Shown here in pieces: positions 41,943 through 50,446 of a stretch of 64,000 bases of DNA. The DNA lies in assembly GCA_963702425.1 (NCBI GenBank), contig CAVPCQ010000028.1, forward strand, positions 1-64,000, given 5' to 3'. The stretch's first letter is position 1, and each line of letters starts with the position of its first letter. A model generated the notes under the pieces. It made no database searches, was not told the origin of the DNA, and worked only from the letters and a program-made list of their open reading frames with translations. The position numbers were made by a program, and so were the translations under genes. The stretch is from an uncultured Acidobacteriota bacterium. Lineage in GTDB: Bacteria; Acidobacteriota; Polarisedimenticolia; J045.

Positions 41943-43694
41943 TCAGTCCCGGAGGAAGCGCTTCGCGCGGTCATAGGGGATGACACTGAAGATCTCCCCC
42001 GACCTCAGCCTGTCCTTCAGCCCCGTCCAAAACCGCAGGGTGAACAGGTCGCCGTGGGTCGACCGGAACACTCCCTTGAGCGGCTTCGGAATACCGGAGT
42101 AGCGCTCCATCTCGTCGAGGAAGAAGTCGTCCTCCCCGACCACGATCCAGTCCTCCTCGGGGCGGTCGAGCTCCACCTCGTCGCGCGGCACGGGCTTCTC
42201 GCGGATGCTGATCCGCTCCATCGGGAGCACGTCGTCGTAGTCGTACAGCACGACCCGCCCCCAGTGCGTGACCCCGTAGTTCCAGGTGTTGAACAGGTCG
42301 GCCGGGAAGACGCCGCTGGAGGCGATGTCCTTGAGGAACCAGCCGAAATCGATCAGCACGCGCCGGATCGCCTCGGGGTCCTTCTCGCGCTGGAAGTAGA
42401 ACGGCAGCGGGATCACCCGCCGCTGCACGTACACGTGCCGGATGACGACGTAGTTGTCGGTGATCTCGACGCCCTCTCTTGCGGCGAGCACGAACTCCCG
42501 GAGGAGCGCCTTCGAGAAGCGCTTTCTCCGGAAGCGGAGGTTCTCGAACTCCTGCGTGTCGACCATGCGGCCGGCTCGGTCCCGGTGGGCCACGAAGTCG
42601 TACTGCTTCCGGACCTGCTCCTTCGTGATCGTCTTGGTCGTCTGGTTGCTGGACCGCAGGAAGCATGGCCGATCCTTGATGACCTTCAGGACGGAGTCGT
42701 AGTTCGGGAGCGTGAAGGCGATCATCACCGCTCCCTCGAGGCCGGGGGCAATGTCGAACTGCTCTTTCGAGACGTGCACGAACCGGTGCAGGTCGCGGTA
42801 GAACTCCGTCTTGCCGTGTCGGTTGTAGCCGAGGGCGGTGAACAGCTCCGCCATGTCGGCGCGGGGGATGATCGTGTGTAGGAAGTGGATCAGCGCGTCG
42901 TAACGCTCGACGTCGACGAAGAAGTAGGAGTACGCGAAACTGAACACGATGCTGGCGTCGGCCTCGTGCAGTAGGACGGTGTCGGCGTAGACCCCGCCGT
43001 CGCCGTGGACCAGCGGGATCAGCAGGGGGATGGGACGCTCGTCGACGAGGATGCGGCCGACGATGTAGGCTTCCTTGCGCCGGTAGAAGACCGCCGTCAC
43101 GACCTCGATCGTGCACGAGCCCTCGGTGCCGATGAGCGGCCAAAGGCACAGGTCGATCTCCTGCGCGATCAGCCGGGCATCGCGGTCGATGTCCTCGTAG
43201 GGGACGCCCAGCTCCACGTCGCCGAGGAGGGTCCGAACGAGCGACGCCGTGTCGCCGGAACTGGCATAGGTGCGGACGACGTCGGCGGAGTCGTGAGGGG
43301 TGACGGGCTTGGGGTGCAGGTGGAAGAACTCGACTTCGCGATCGATGCCGACGGTCGACAGCATCCTGCGCGTGACGGAGTTGTAGAAGGTCTCGGCGCG
43401 CTCGACGTCGTAGCGGTGCGCGACGAGGCCGGCGAAACGGGTCTTGGCCGCGACCCACAGGGCCGGGGAGAGCGTCCTCGGGCCCAGGGTGGCGTCGAGC
43501 CAGGTTTCAGCGAGGTCCAGCGCGCGCTCATAAAGATCGAACCGCTCGGTGGCGTCGCGGCGGCCCCCGGCCCAGTCGCGCTCCCGGAAGCGTCGCTGGG
43601 CGCGGCGGGTCAGGACCTGGAAGATGGCATTGAACCAGTTGAAGGCGCTCAGGGTGAGCGTCGCGGCGCGATCGGCAGACTCGTCGGCGACCAT
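41943..43694 (-). CDS. aceK: Isocitrate dehydrogenase kinase/phosphatase family protein (divergent)
   Basis: AETFYNSV, VFSFAYSYF, GYNRHGKTEFYR, APGLEGAVM, LKVIKD, DRAGRMVDTQEF, GRVVLYDYDD. Confidence 0.9.
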   Translation of the reverse strand: MVADESADRAATLTLSAFNWFNAIFQVLTRRAQRRFRERDWAGGRRDATERFDLYERALDLAETWLDATLGPRTLSPALWVAAKTRFAGLVAHRYDVERAETFYNSVTRRMLSTVGIDREVEFFHLHPKPVTPHDSADVVRTYASSGDTASLVRTLLGDVELGVPYEDIDRDARLIAQEIDLCLWPLIGTEGSCTIEVVTAVFYRRKEAYIVGRILVDERPIPLLIPLVHGDGGVYADTVLLHEADASIVFSFAYSYFFVDVERYDALIHFLHTIIPRADMAELFTALGYNRHGKTEFYRDLHRFVHVSKEQFDIAPGLEGAVMIAFTLPNYDSVLKVIKDRPCFLRSSNQTTKTITKEQVRKQYDFVAHRDRAGRMVDTQEFENLRFRRKRFSKALLREFVLAAREGVEITDNYVVIRHVYVQRRVIPLPFYFQREKDPEAIRRVLIDFGWFLKDIASSGVFPADLFNTWNYGVTHWGRVVLYDYDDVLPMERISIREKPVPRDEVELDRPEEDWIVVGEDDFFLDEMERYSGIPKPLKGVFRSTHGDLFTLRFWTGLKDRLRSGEIFSVIPYDRAKRFLRD

Positions 43695-43710
43695 CGGCTG
43701 CCCCGGCACG

Positions 43711-45099
43711 CTAGCCGAACCGGTCGAGGAGCTCGGCCTTGAACGCGTCGTAGTCGACCGCCATCCGCCCGAAGCTCTCGGGACGATCCTCGATCCCGGC
43801 TAGGCTCGGCGGCGGCTCGGGGTCGATCCCGATCAGCGCTCGGATCTCCTCGGGGAACTTCGCGGGATGGGCGGTCTCGATCGCCACCGCGAGGGGCGGG
43901 TCGGCGGAGTCGGCCGGGCCCGGCTCGTCCATCCGCTCGAGGAAGCGCGAGAGCCCCGCCCAGCCGACCGCGCCGTGCGGCTCGAGCACGACGCCCCAGC
44001 GCTGCCAGGCGTCGCGGATCGTCGCTCGCGTCTCGTCGTCCGAAACGCTTACCGCAAAGAAATCGCGGCGCATGCGTTCCATGTCCGGCGGCTCCCGGAG
44101 CAGCCCCGTTTCGTCCATCCAGCCACCGTAGAGGTCGACGAGCCGCGCGAGGTTCGACGGGTGACCGACGTTCATCGCGTTGGAGATGCAGGTCAGGGAG
44201 GGGACGATCTTCTCGTAGCGCCCCGTGGTCAGGAAGCGCGGGACCTCGTCGTTGGCGTTGGTGGCGATCACGAGGCGCCGGACCGGCAGCCCCATCCGCC
44301 AGGCGATGACGCCACCCATCATGTCGCCGAAGTTCCCGGAGGGGACGCTGAAGACGATCGGCTCGCCGTCAACGACCGCGGCCAGGCGCAGGTAGGCGTA
44401 GACGTAGTAGACGGCCTGCGGGAGCAGCCGCCCGATGTTGATCGAGTTGGCCGAGCTCAGCCGCAGGCCGCTCAGCGCCGGGTCGGAGAAGGCGCGCTTG
44501 ACCAATGCCTGGCAGTCGTCGAACTTGCCGTCCAGTGCCCAGGTGGTGACGTTGCGGCCGAGCGTCGTCATCTGCTTGCGCTGCCGCGTCGAGACCTCGT
44601 CGATCGGGAAGAGCACGACGCTGTGCATGCGCGGCACGCCGCAGTAGGCGTGTGCCACGGCACTGCCGGTATCGCCGGAGGTCGCGGTCAGGATGATCAG
44701 CTCGGCGTCCTCGGCGCGGTTCAGCTCGCCCATCCAGCGGGCCATCATCCGCGCGGCGAAGTCCTTGAACGAGGCGGTCGGGCCCCGGTCGAGCCGCATG
44801 AGGTACCGCCGTTGCGTGACGTGTTCCAGCGGTATGTCGAAGTCGTAGGCGTCCGCGCACAGCTCGGCCAGGCGCGCGTCGTCGATCACCCCGCCGGTGA
44901 AGCGCCGGAGCACGGCGTGCGCGATCTCGGGATAGCTGCGCCCGACGAGCGCGGAGAGCTCCGCGCGGGAGAAGACCGGGATCGCGGAGGGGAGGTAGAG
45001 GCCGCGATCGGGAGCCTGACCCAGGAGCAAGGCCTCGCGCAGCGTCACCGGCGGCGCGCTGCGGTTGGTGCTGGTGAAAGGAAGCGGCGATGAGGCCAC
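43711..45099 (-). CDS. thrC: Threonine synthase
   Basis: GQAPDRGLY, GPTASFKD, ATSGDTG, FDDCQ, SANSINIGRL, VPSGNFG, TAHPAKF. Confidence 0.95.
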   Translation of the reverse strand: MASSPLPFTSTNRSAPPVTLREALLLGQAPDRGLYLPSAIPVFSRAELSALVGRSYPEIAHAVLRRFTGGVIDDARLAELCADAYDFDIPLEHVTQRRYLMRLDRGPTASFKDFAARMMARWMGELNRAEDAELIILTATSGDTGSAVAHAYCGVPRMHSVVLFPIDEVSTRQRKQMTTLGRNVTTWALDGKFDDCQALVKRAFSDPALSGLRLSSANSINIGRLLPQAVYYVYAYLRLAAVVDGEPIVFSVPSGNFGDMMGGVIAWRMGLPVRRLVIATNANDEVPRFLTTGRYEKIVPSLTCISNAMNVGHPSNLARLVDLYGGWMDETGLLREPPDMERMRRDFFAVSVSDDETRATIRDAWQRWGVVLEPHGAVGWAGLSRFLERMDEPGPADSADPPLAVAIETAHPAKFPEEIRALIGIDPEPPPSLAGIEDRPESFGRMAVDYDAFKAELLDRFG

Positions 45100-45292
45100 G
45101 CGGCGCTCCTCGAAACGGCAGGCGTACCCGGGGGGCGGGGAGTGCGACCGAGGCTACGCCCGGCGAACCGCGTCCCGCAACCGCGACAGCCGGTCCCGTT
45201 GTCCGCCCTCTGGCGGCGGGTGTATGTTGCCGATGTCCACATTGCCGCAACCCGCTCAGCCGCCCCGGACGCACTCTTCACGGAGATCCGCC

Positions 45293-46720
45293 ATGCAGCC
45301 GCCGCCCGATGTCCTGATCACTCCCGGCATGCAGCGCTACATCGACAAGAACAAGGTCTACCTCGAGAAGCGCTCCGAGTACATCCGCGAGGTGGTGAAG
45401 AAGTGGCGCTTCGACACGATCGCCGTCCACGGGCTCTATTCGGTCGAGGACGCGATCGAGGACTACCAGGGATCGATCATCGAGCCGATCTTCATGAGCA
45501 GCTCGCAGGCCTATCGCGACTCGGACGAGATGGCCGCGGCGCTGGCCTACCTGATCCCGACCTGGTGCTACTCGCGGATCGCCAACCCGTCGACCTACTA
45601 CTACGAGTGGACGCTGGCGCTGCTGGAGGGTTACGGCTTCGACGGCGAGACGACCTGCTGCTCGACCTCCTCCGGCATGGCGGCGATCATGACCGCGGTC
45701 CAGCCGTTCCTGATGCACACCCGTCACAACACCTACGAGCCGCGCAACTTCCTGGCCACCGCGCAGTGTTACGGCGGGACCTTCCAGCAGTTCAACGTCC
45801 GCCTGCAGCAGGAGCGCGACGTCGAATGCCGCTGGATCCACGACCCGACCGACCTCGACGAGTGGGCCCGGAAGATCGACGAGAACACGCGCTTCCTCTA
45901 CGGCGAGCTGCCCAGCAACCCGCAGCAGGGTTTCTTCGACATCGCGGCCGTCGCCGAACTGGCCCACGCGCACAACCTGCCGCTGATCGTCGACAGCACC
46001 GTCGCCACGCCGGCCCTCCTGCGGCCGATCTGCCACGGCGCCGACATCGTCGTGCAATCGGCGACCAAGACGTTGACCAGCAGCGGCTTCGGGATCTGCG
46101 GCGCGGTGATCGCCCGCAAGGGGATCGTGACCAACGTCCCCAACGATGCGCTGAAGGAGGACTTCTCGCTCTACATCAAGTACCTGCCGAACCGCGACTA
46201 CGGCCCGAACCTGCACCCGATGCAGGCGATCATGACGCTCAACGACATGCGCACGCTGCGCTCGAAGGTCGATCTGATGAGCCGCAGCACGATGCGCGTC
46301 GCCGAGTGGCTCGAGACCCATGGGCTGGTCGAGAGCGTCGAGTACCTGGGCCTTCCCAACCATCCGCTGCACGAGCTGGCGCGCCGCTACATGTGGCTGG
46401 TGGACGCCGAGCACGACGAGCTCTACCGGCGGCCAGTCAACCGCTACGGTCACCTGATGTCGTTCTGCGTCAAGGGCGGCGCCGAGCGGGCGCGCAAGGT
46501 CTTCGACGGCTTGCAGCGGATCTGGCGGGCGACGGACCTGGGGCGGATCAAGAGCGTGGCCACGATCCCCGCGATCTCCACCCACCAGCAGCAGGGCGAG
46601 GCGGGGCGCAAGCTGGCCGGCATCCCGCCGCACCTGATCCGGCTGTGCGTCGGGGCCGAGCACCCGGACGACATCATCGCCGACCTCGACCAGGCGCTCG
46701 CGCACGCCGATCGCAAGTAG
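45293..46720 (+). CDS. PLP-dependent Cys/Met metabolism enzyme (homoserine-ester sulfhydrylase / cystathionine gamma-synthase family)
   Basis: YSRIANPS, SSGMAAI, YGGT, IVDST, SATK (PLP Lys), PAISTH, IRLCVGAE..DIIADLDQAL. Confidence 0.88.
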   Translation: MQPPPDVLITPGMQRYIDKNKVYLEKRSEYIREVVKKWRFDTIAVHGLYSVEDAIEDYQGSIIEPIFMSSSQAYRDSDEMAAALAYLIPTWCYSRIANPSTYYYEWTLALLEGYGFDGETTCCSTSSGMAAIMTAVQPFLMHTRHNTYEPRNFLATAQCYGGTFQQFNVRLQQERDVECRWIHDPTDLDEWARKIDENTRFLYGELPSNPQQGFFDIAAVAELAHAHNLPLIVDSTVATPALLRPICHGADIVVQSATKTLTSSGFGICGAVIARKGIVTNVPNDALKEDFSLYIKYLPNRDYGPNLHPMQAIMTLNDMRTLRSKVDLMSRSTMRVAEWLETHGLVESVEYLGLPNHPLHELARRYMWLVDAEHDELYRRPVNRYGHLMSFCVKGGAERARKVFDGLQRIWRATDLGRIKSVATIPAISTHQQQGEAGRKLAGIPPHLIRLCVGAEHPDDIIADLDQALAHADRK

Positions 46721-46722
46721 GG

Positions 46723-46798
46723 GCCGGCCTCTGTGCCGGCCCGCAGCCGGCCTCTGTGCCGGCCCGCAGCCGGCCTCTGTGCCGGCCCGCAGCCGGCC
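46723..46798. repeat. 3.3 x 23-bp tandem palindromic (REP-like) repeat between convergent genes
   Basis: GCCGGCCTCTGTGCCGGCCCGCA at 46723, 46746 and 46769, each containing GCCGGC twice. Confidence 0.92.
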
Positions 46799-46835
46799 GC
46801 GGGGCGGCCGGTCCCCCGCGGCGCGAAGTCCGGCC

Positions 46836-48653
46836 CTACTGGCAGACGTCCGTTCCGACCCGCGTCGCGACCTGTCCGGTCGGGAACGGGCCGCACACCG
46901 GAACGTCGAAGCTGCCGGCGTCGTTGGAAAGCAGGTCGCGCCGCACCACCACGTAGAACAGCGCGAACCCCGGATGCGGCAGCGCGTCGTCGCAGACCGG
47001 CAACTGGTTCGGCTGGACGTTCGACGCGACGCACGCGAGCGGACCCAGGGAGACCGTGCCGCCGGTGGCGAACGCGAGGTTCTCGACATGCCCGCGCAGG
47101 ACGTCATGGGCCCGCGCGGCCGCCGGATTCGCGATCTCGGGCGAGAAGACCGACACCTCGGACAGGTCGCGGCGATAAGCAGTCCCGAGATTCCGGTCAC
47201 CGAGGTCGAGGTCGAAGCGCAGGCAGCGCCGCGGCGGGTCGATCGCCGCCGACGGAACGAACCGGATGCCATCAGCCGGAAGTCGCCCGCGGAAGCCGAT
47301 CACGTCGTTGCTGACCGACAGGGAGGTCAGGAACTCGTCCGGCGCGTCGGGCGCGGAGCCGGAGTAGACGTCGACCCACCCGGGTCCCGGGTCCGTCAAC
47401 GTGCCTTGGACGGTCGTCGGCGTCGCGCTCAGGAACTGTGGCGGCCCGACCAGTCCTCCGGCCTTGAAGATGAGCCCCTGCACGTTGGCGCGCATCTCGT
47501 TGCATGCGACGAGGTGCCCCGCGACGTTGCCCGTGAGAGCCAGCCCGTAGCCGCCGTTGTCGTGGATCGTGTTGCGGAATACGCGGCAGTCGAGCCCCCC
47601 GTCGAGCCGGACGCCGTCGCGGCGGTTGCCGCCCGCCGTTGCGGCGCCCGCGGTACCGATGTCGTTGTCGCGCACGTCCACCGCGCGCGCGCCGGTCCCG
47701 AGCAGGATGCCGTCCCCGGCGTGGCACCCGATCTCGTTGTCTGCGATCACGATGTCCCGCGCGTTCTCGACGACGATCCCGGCCGGCGTGAAGTTCCAGC
47801 TGCCGCACGCCACCGATGGACCGGGCGCGCGGCCCAGGCCGACCTTGCTGCGCAGGATTCTGCTGCCGTCCGCGCCCATTCCCAGGTAGACCCCGCGCGG
47901 GACGCTCGGTGCCGTCGCATCGGCCGCGAAGCGGCTGGCCTCGACGAGGACCGGCGCGGTGGCGTGCAGCGCTTCGCCGTTCGATCCGGCCGGAACGAGA
48001 CCGCGGCTGCCGACGTCGCAGTCGACGATCTGGGTCGGGCGCGTCGCAGGACCAATCGGCGCGTTGTTCCCCTCGACCCGGATCGCGGAGTCATTCCCCT
48101 CGAACGCCAGCCGCGAGAGCCTGGTCCCGTCGGGGAACCCGACGGTGGCCGTCTCCGCCGCGACCTGCACGCCGATTCGGTTGGCGCTCGAGATCGGACC
48201 GAAGATGCCGAAACGGCAGCCCTGGACCTCGTTGTCGATCGCGCCGCCGCCGAGGATCCGTACGGCGGCCTTCGTGAACCCTTCGAACTCGAGGTTCTCG
48301 AGCGCGTTCCGCGGCCCGCGGCTGGTGAACGCGCTCGTGACGCTGTTGCCGCCCGAGAGCCGGACCTTCGGGACCGCGCTGGTGGCCGGTCCGCCGTCGA
48401 TCGAAAGGGCGCCCTCCGCGAGGTCCGGCAGCGGAGCGACGAGGTGGATCGTCCCGCTCACGGCGAAGGTGATCCGGTCCGGCTCGCCATTCCCTTCCGC
48501 AGCCTCGATCGCCGCCCGCAGCGATCCCGGCGGCGCGGGGATGACGTCGACCAGCGTGGTGACCACGTGCGCCGCGGCACGCACCTCGGTCAGCGGCGCG
48601 AGAAGCAGAAAAGCAGCAGATGCGAGAACTGAAACACGACGGTGCGCTCTCAT
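46836..48653 (-). CDS. Secreted right-handed beta-helix (pectin-lyase-like) protein + C-terminal module
   Basis: Signal peptide; VVTTLVD..GSLRAAIEAA..ITF start motif; repeated N-x-I/DGI strands. Confidence 0.78.
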   Translation of the reverse strand: MRAHRRVSVLASAAFLLLAPLTEVRAAAHVVTTLVDVIPAPPGSLRAAIEAAEGNGEPDRITFAVSGTIHLVAPLPDLAEGALSIDGGPATSAVPKVRLSGGNSVTSAFTSRGPRNALENLEFEGFTKAAVRILGGGAIDNEVQGCRFGIFGPISSANRIGVQVAAETATVGFPDGTRLSRLAFEGNDSAIRVEGNNAPIGPATRPTQIVDCDVGSRGLVPAGSNGEALHATAPVLVEASRFAADATAPSVPRGVYLGMGADGSRILRSKVGLGRAPGPSVACGSWNFTPAGIVVENARDIVIADNEIGCHAGDGILLGTGARAVDVRDNDIGTAGAATAGGNRRDGVRLDGGLDCRVFRNTIHDNGGYGLALTGNVAGHLVACNEMRANVQGLIFKAGGLVGPPQFLSATPTTVQGTLTDPGPGWVDVYSGSAPDAPDEFLTSLSVSNDVIGFRGRLPADGIRFVPSAAIDPPRRCLRFDLDLGDRNLGTAYRRDLSEVSVFSPEIANPAAARAHDVLRGHVENLAFATGGTVSLGPLACVASNVQPNQLPVCDDALPHPGFALFYVVVRRDLLSNDAGSFDVPVCGPFPTGQVATRVGTDVCQ

Positions 48654-48972
48654 CACGGACCCTCCCCGGTCGCCGCCCCTCAGGGGCGCGCGCGGAACTC
48701 GAACGAGTTGGCGCGAAGGCGGTTGCCGTGCGAAGGCGGCATCCCATCGTGACGAAGGCCCGGAAACAACCCTGTAACTGGGCAGAGCATACGCTGCGGC
48801 ACGAACACTCGGCAACCGATTTCGGTGCCGACGCCAACCCCGCCCCAAGCCGTCCCCGCAAGAAAACGACCCGATCCGTGCGCCCTTTTCCCGCACCCCA
48901 CGCATGGAGGGGTGAGACCGGAGCGGTGCGGCGATCGCCGCCGCCGGACGTCGGCCTCGCACCGGAGGCGGG

Positions 48973-49737
48973 ATGAACGGGTCATGGCTTGCACGGCGAA
49001 TCGCCGCGGCGTTGGTCGAGGTCATCGCGACGGCGCCACTGGCTGACACGACCGCAGCGGGAACTGCCATGAACGGCAGAGCGAGCTGTCGGGTCGATCC
49101 CCGTCGGTTCCGGCGGGCCCTGGTCGCGCTCGCTGTCGCGTCGGTCCTCGCGAGCACGTTCGCGTCCGCGGGAAGCTGGCTCCAGTCCGCTGCCGACACG
49201 CCGCCGATCCCGAAGGAGTACGGCGCGCGGCTCCTGCTGCTCGCACCGGAGATCGTCTACGAGGACCAGGAGAGCGAACAGCAACTCGACGCCACGGCCT
49301 TCGCGATCGACGAGGTCCGGACGCGGATCGTGGCCTGCTCGCGCCGGCTGCTCGAGTCCGAGGGGTTCGAACTCGAAGGGGAAACCGGGGAGAACTCGCT
49401 CGCACCGGCACGGCTCGTCCAGAGCGGGCCACTGCCGAGCGACATCTGTGCCGGGAGCAACGCGGCGGAGCGCTCGCGGCTGCTGCTCGCGATCCACGCC
49501 CAGGTGATCGTCGGACGGGGAGGGAGCTGGAACCCGTTCACCGGCGCGATCACGTCGGCGAACCACCGCACCCGGCTCCGCGCGGCGCTCGTCGATTGCG
49601 CTGCGGCCCGCGTACTGTGGCGCAACGAGGTGATCCTGCGCGAGGTCCCCGATCCGCGGCGCGAGCGCCTCGAGGCGGCGATCGAGCGGCTGCTTGCGAT
49701 CGACGCCAAACGCGAGAGGAAGGAGGACGACCGATGA
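48973..49737 (+). CDS. Hypothetical exported protein (true start possibly 49069)
   Basis: Hydrophobic leader; RAALVD..VLWRNE strand pattern; ATGA-coupled to the next gene. Confidence 0.6.
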   Translation: MNGSWLARRIAAALVEVIATAPLADTTAAGTAMNGRASCRVDPRRFRRALVALAVASVLASTFASAGSWLQSAADTPPIPKEYGARLLLLAPEIVYEDQESEQQLDATAFAIDEVRTRIVACSRRLLESEGFELEGETGENSLAPARLVQSGPLPSDICAGSNAAERSRLLLAIHAQVIVGRGGSWNPFTGAITSANHRTRLRAALVDCAAARVLWRNEVILREVPDPRRERLEAAIERLLAIDAKRERKEDDR

Positions 49738-50327
49738 ACAACAGCTTCGTCAACGGGGCGATCTGCCTCGCCCTCGTCATCGGGCTCGGCACCGGCTGCG
49801 CGAGCACGAACAGGAAGGACGTCGAAACGCCCCTCGGCATCGACGAAGAGCCAGTCGACCGGGTCGCACTCGTCCCGCTGGTCCGCACGACGCCGGCCGA
49901 GGTGAAGTTCGCCATCGAGGACCTGGTCGAGAAGCGCCTCGTCGCTGGCCTCGGACGCCGCGGGATCGAGGTCCTTCCGGCCGGCGGCGGCGCGACGGCC
50001 CCGGCGATCGACGAGGAGGAACTGCGCGGCGTCACGGCCGAGCGCCTGCGCGCGCTCGGGCCCGAGTCCGAGCGCTTCGTCCTCGTCGTGTTCCTCACCG
50101 ACTACTCGAGTCGGATCACGTTCGGCAGCACCTGCAACGCGGAGGTCGTCGGCTACCTCGTCGACAAGCACGCGGGCAGAGTGGTCTGGCGCGGCAAGGG
50201 GGTCGGCGCATCGGGTCAGGGGGGGCTGGCCGGAATGATGATGAAGCGCGTGAACGACCGCGGGGCGGTCGAGACTGCCGTCGCGGAGCTGATCGCGTCG
50301 TTTCCGAAGGTGGTTGCGCGAGCCTAG
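49734..50327 (+). CDS. Putative lipoprotein (CsgG/LpoB/DUF799-like fold)
   Basis: AGGAGG RBS; lipobox LGTGC; VALVP and LVDKHAGRVVW. Confidence 0.7.
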   Translation: MNNSFVNGAICLALVIGLGTGCASTNRKDVETPLGIDEEPVDRVALVPLVRTTPAEVKFAIEDLVEKRLVAGLGRRGIEVLPAGGGATAPAIDEEELRGVTAERLRALGPESERFVLVVFLTDYSSRITFGSTCNAEVVGYLVDKHAGRVVWRGKGVGASGQGGLAGMMMKRVNDRGAVETAVAELIASFPKVVARA

Positions 50328-50390
50328 CGGGCCTCACCAGGGGAGCCATCCCGGCCGAGCCGAGGACGAACGAGGGGTGCACGGAACGAG

Positions 50391-50417
50391 CGGCGCGGGG
50401 CCCGAGGCCCCGCGCCG
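50391..50417 (-). terminator. GC hairpin 3' of subtilase 1, part of a ~77-bp repeated element
   Basis: CGGCGCGGGGC-N5-GCCCCGCGCCG, 11-bp stem; the same stem occurs at 52466-52492. Confidence 0.65.
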
Positions 50418-50446
50418 CCGTCCCGCCCGTGTAATGATCCGTTGGC

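Noticed and set aside
46723-46798. 23-bp repeats as a mini-CRISPR
   Set aside because: No spacers; contiguous tandem units.
48660-48970. Possible riboswitch in the divergent intergenic region upstream of the beta-helix gene
   Set aside because: No recognisable aptamer consensus by eye; an Infernal/Rfam scan would be needed.
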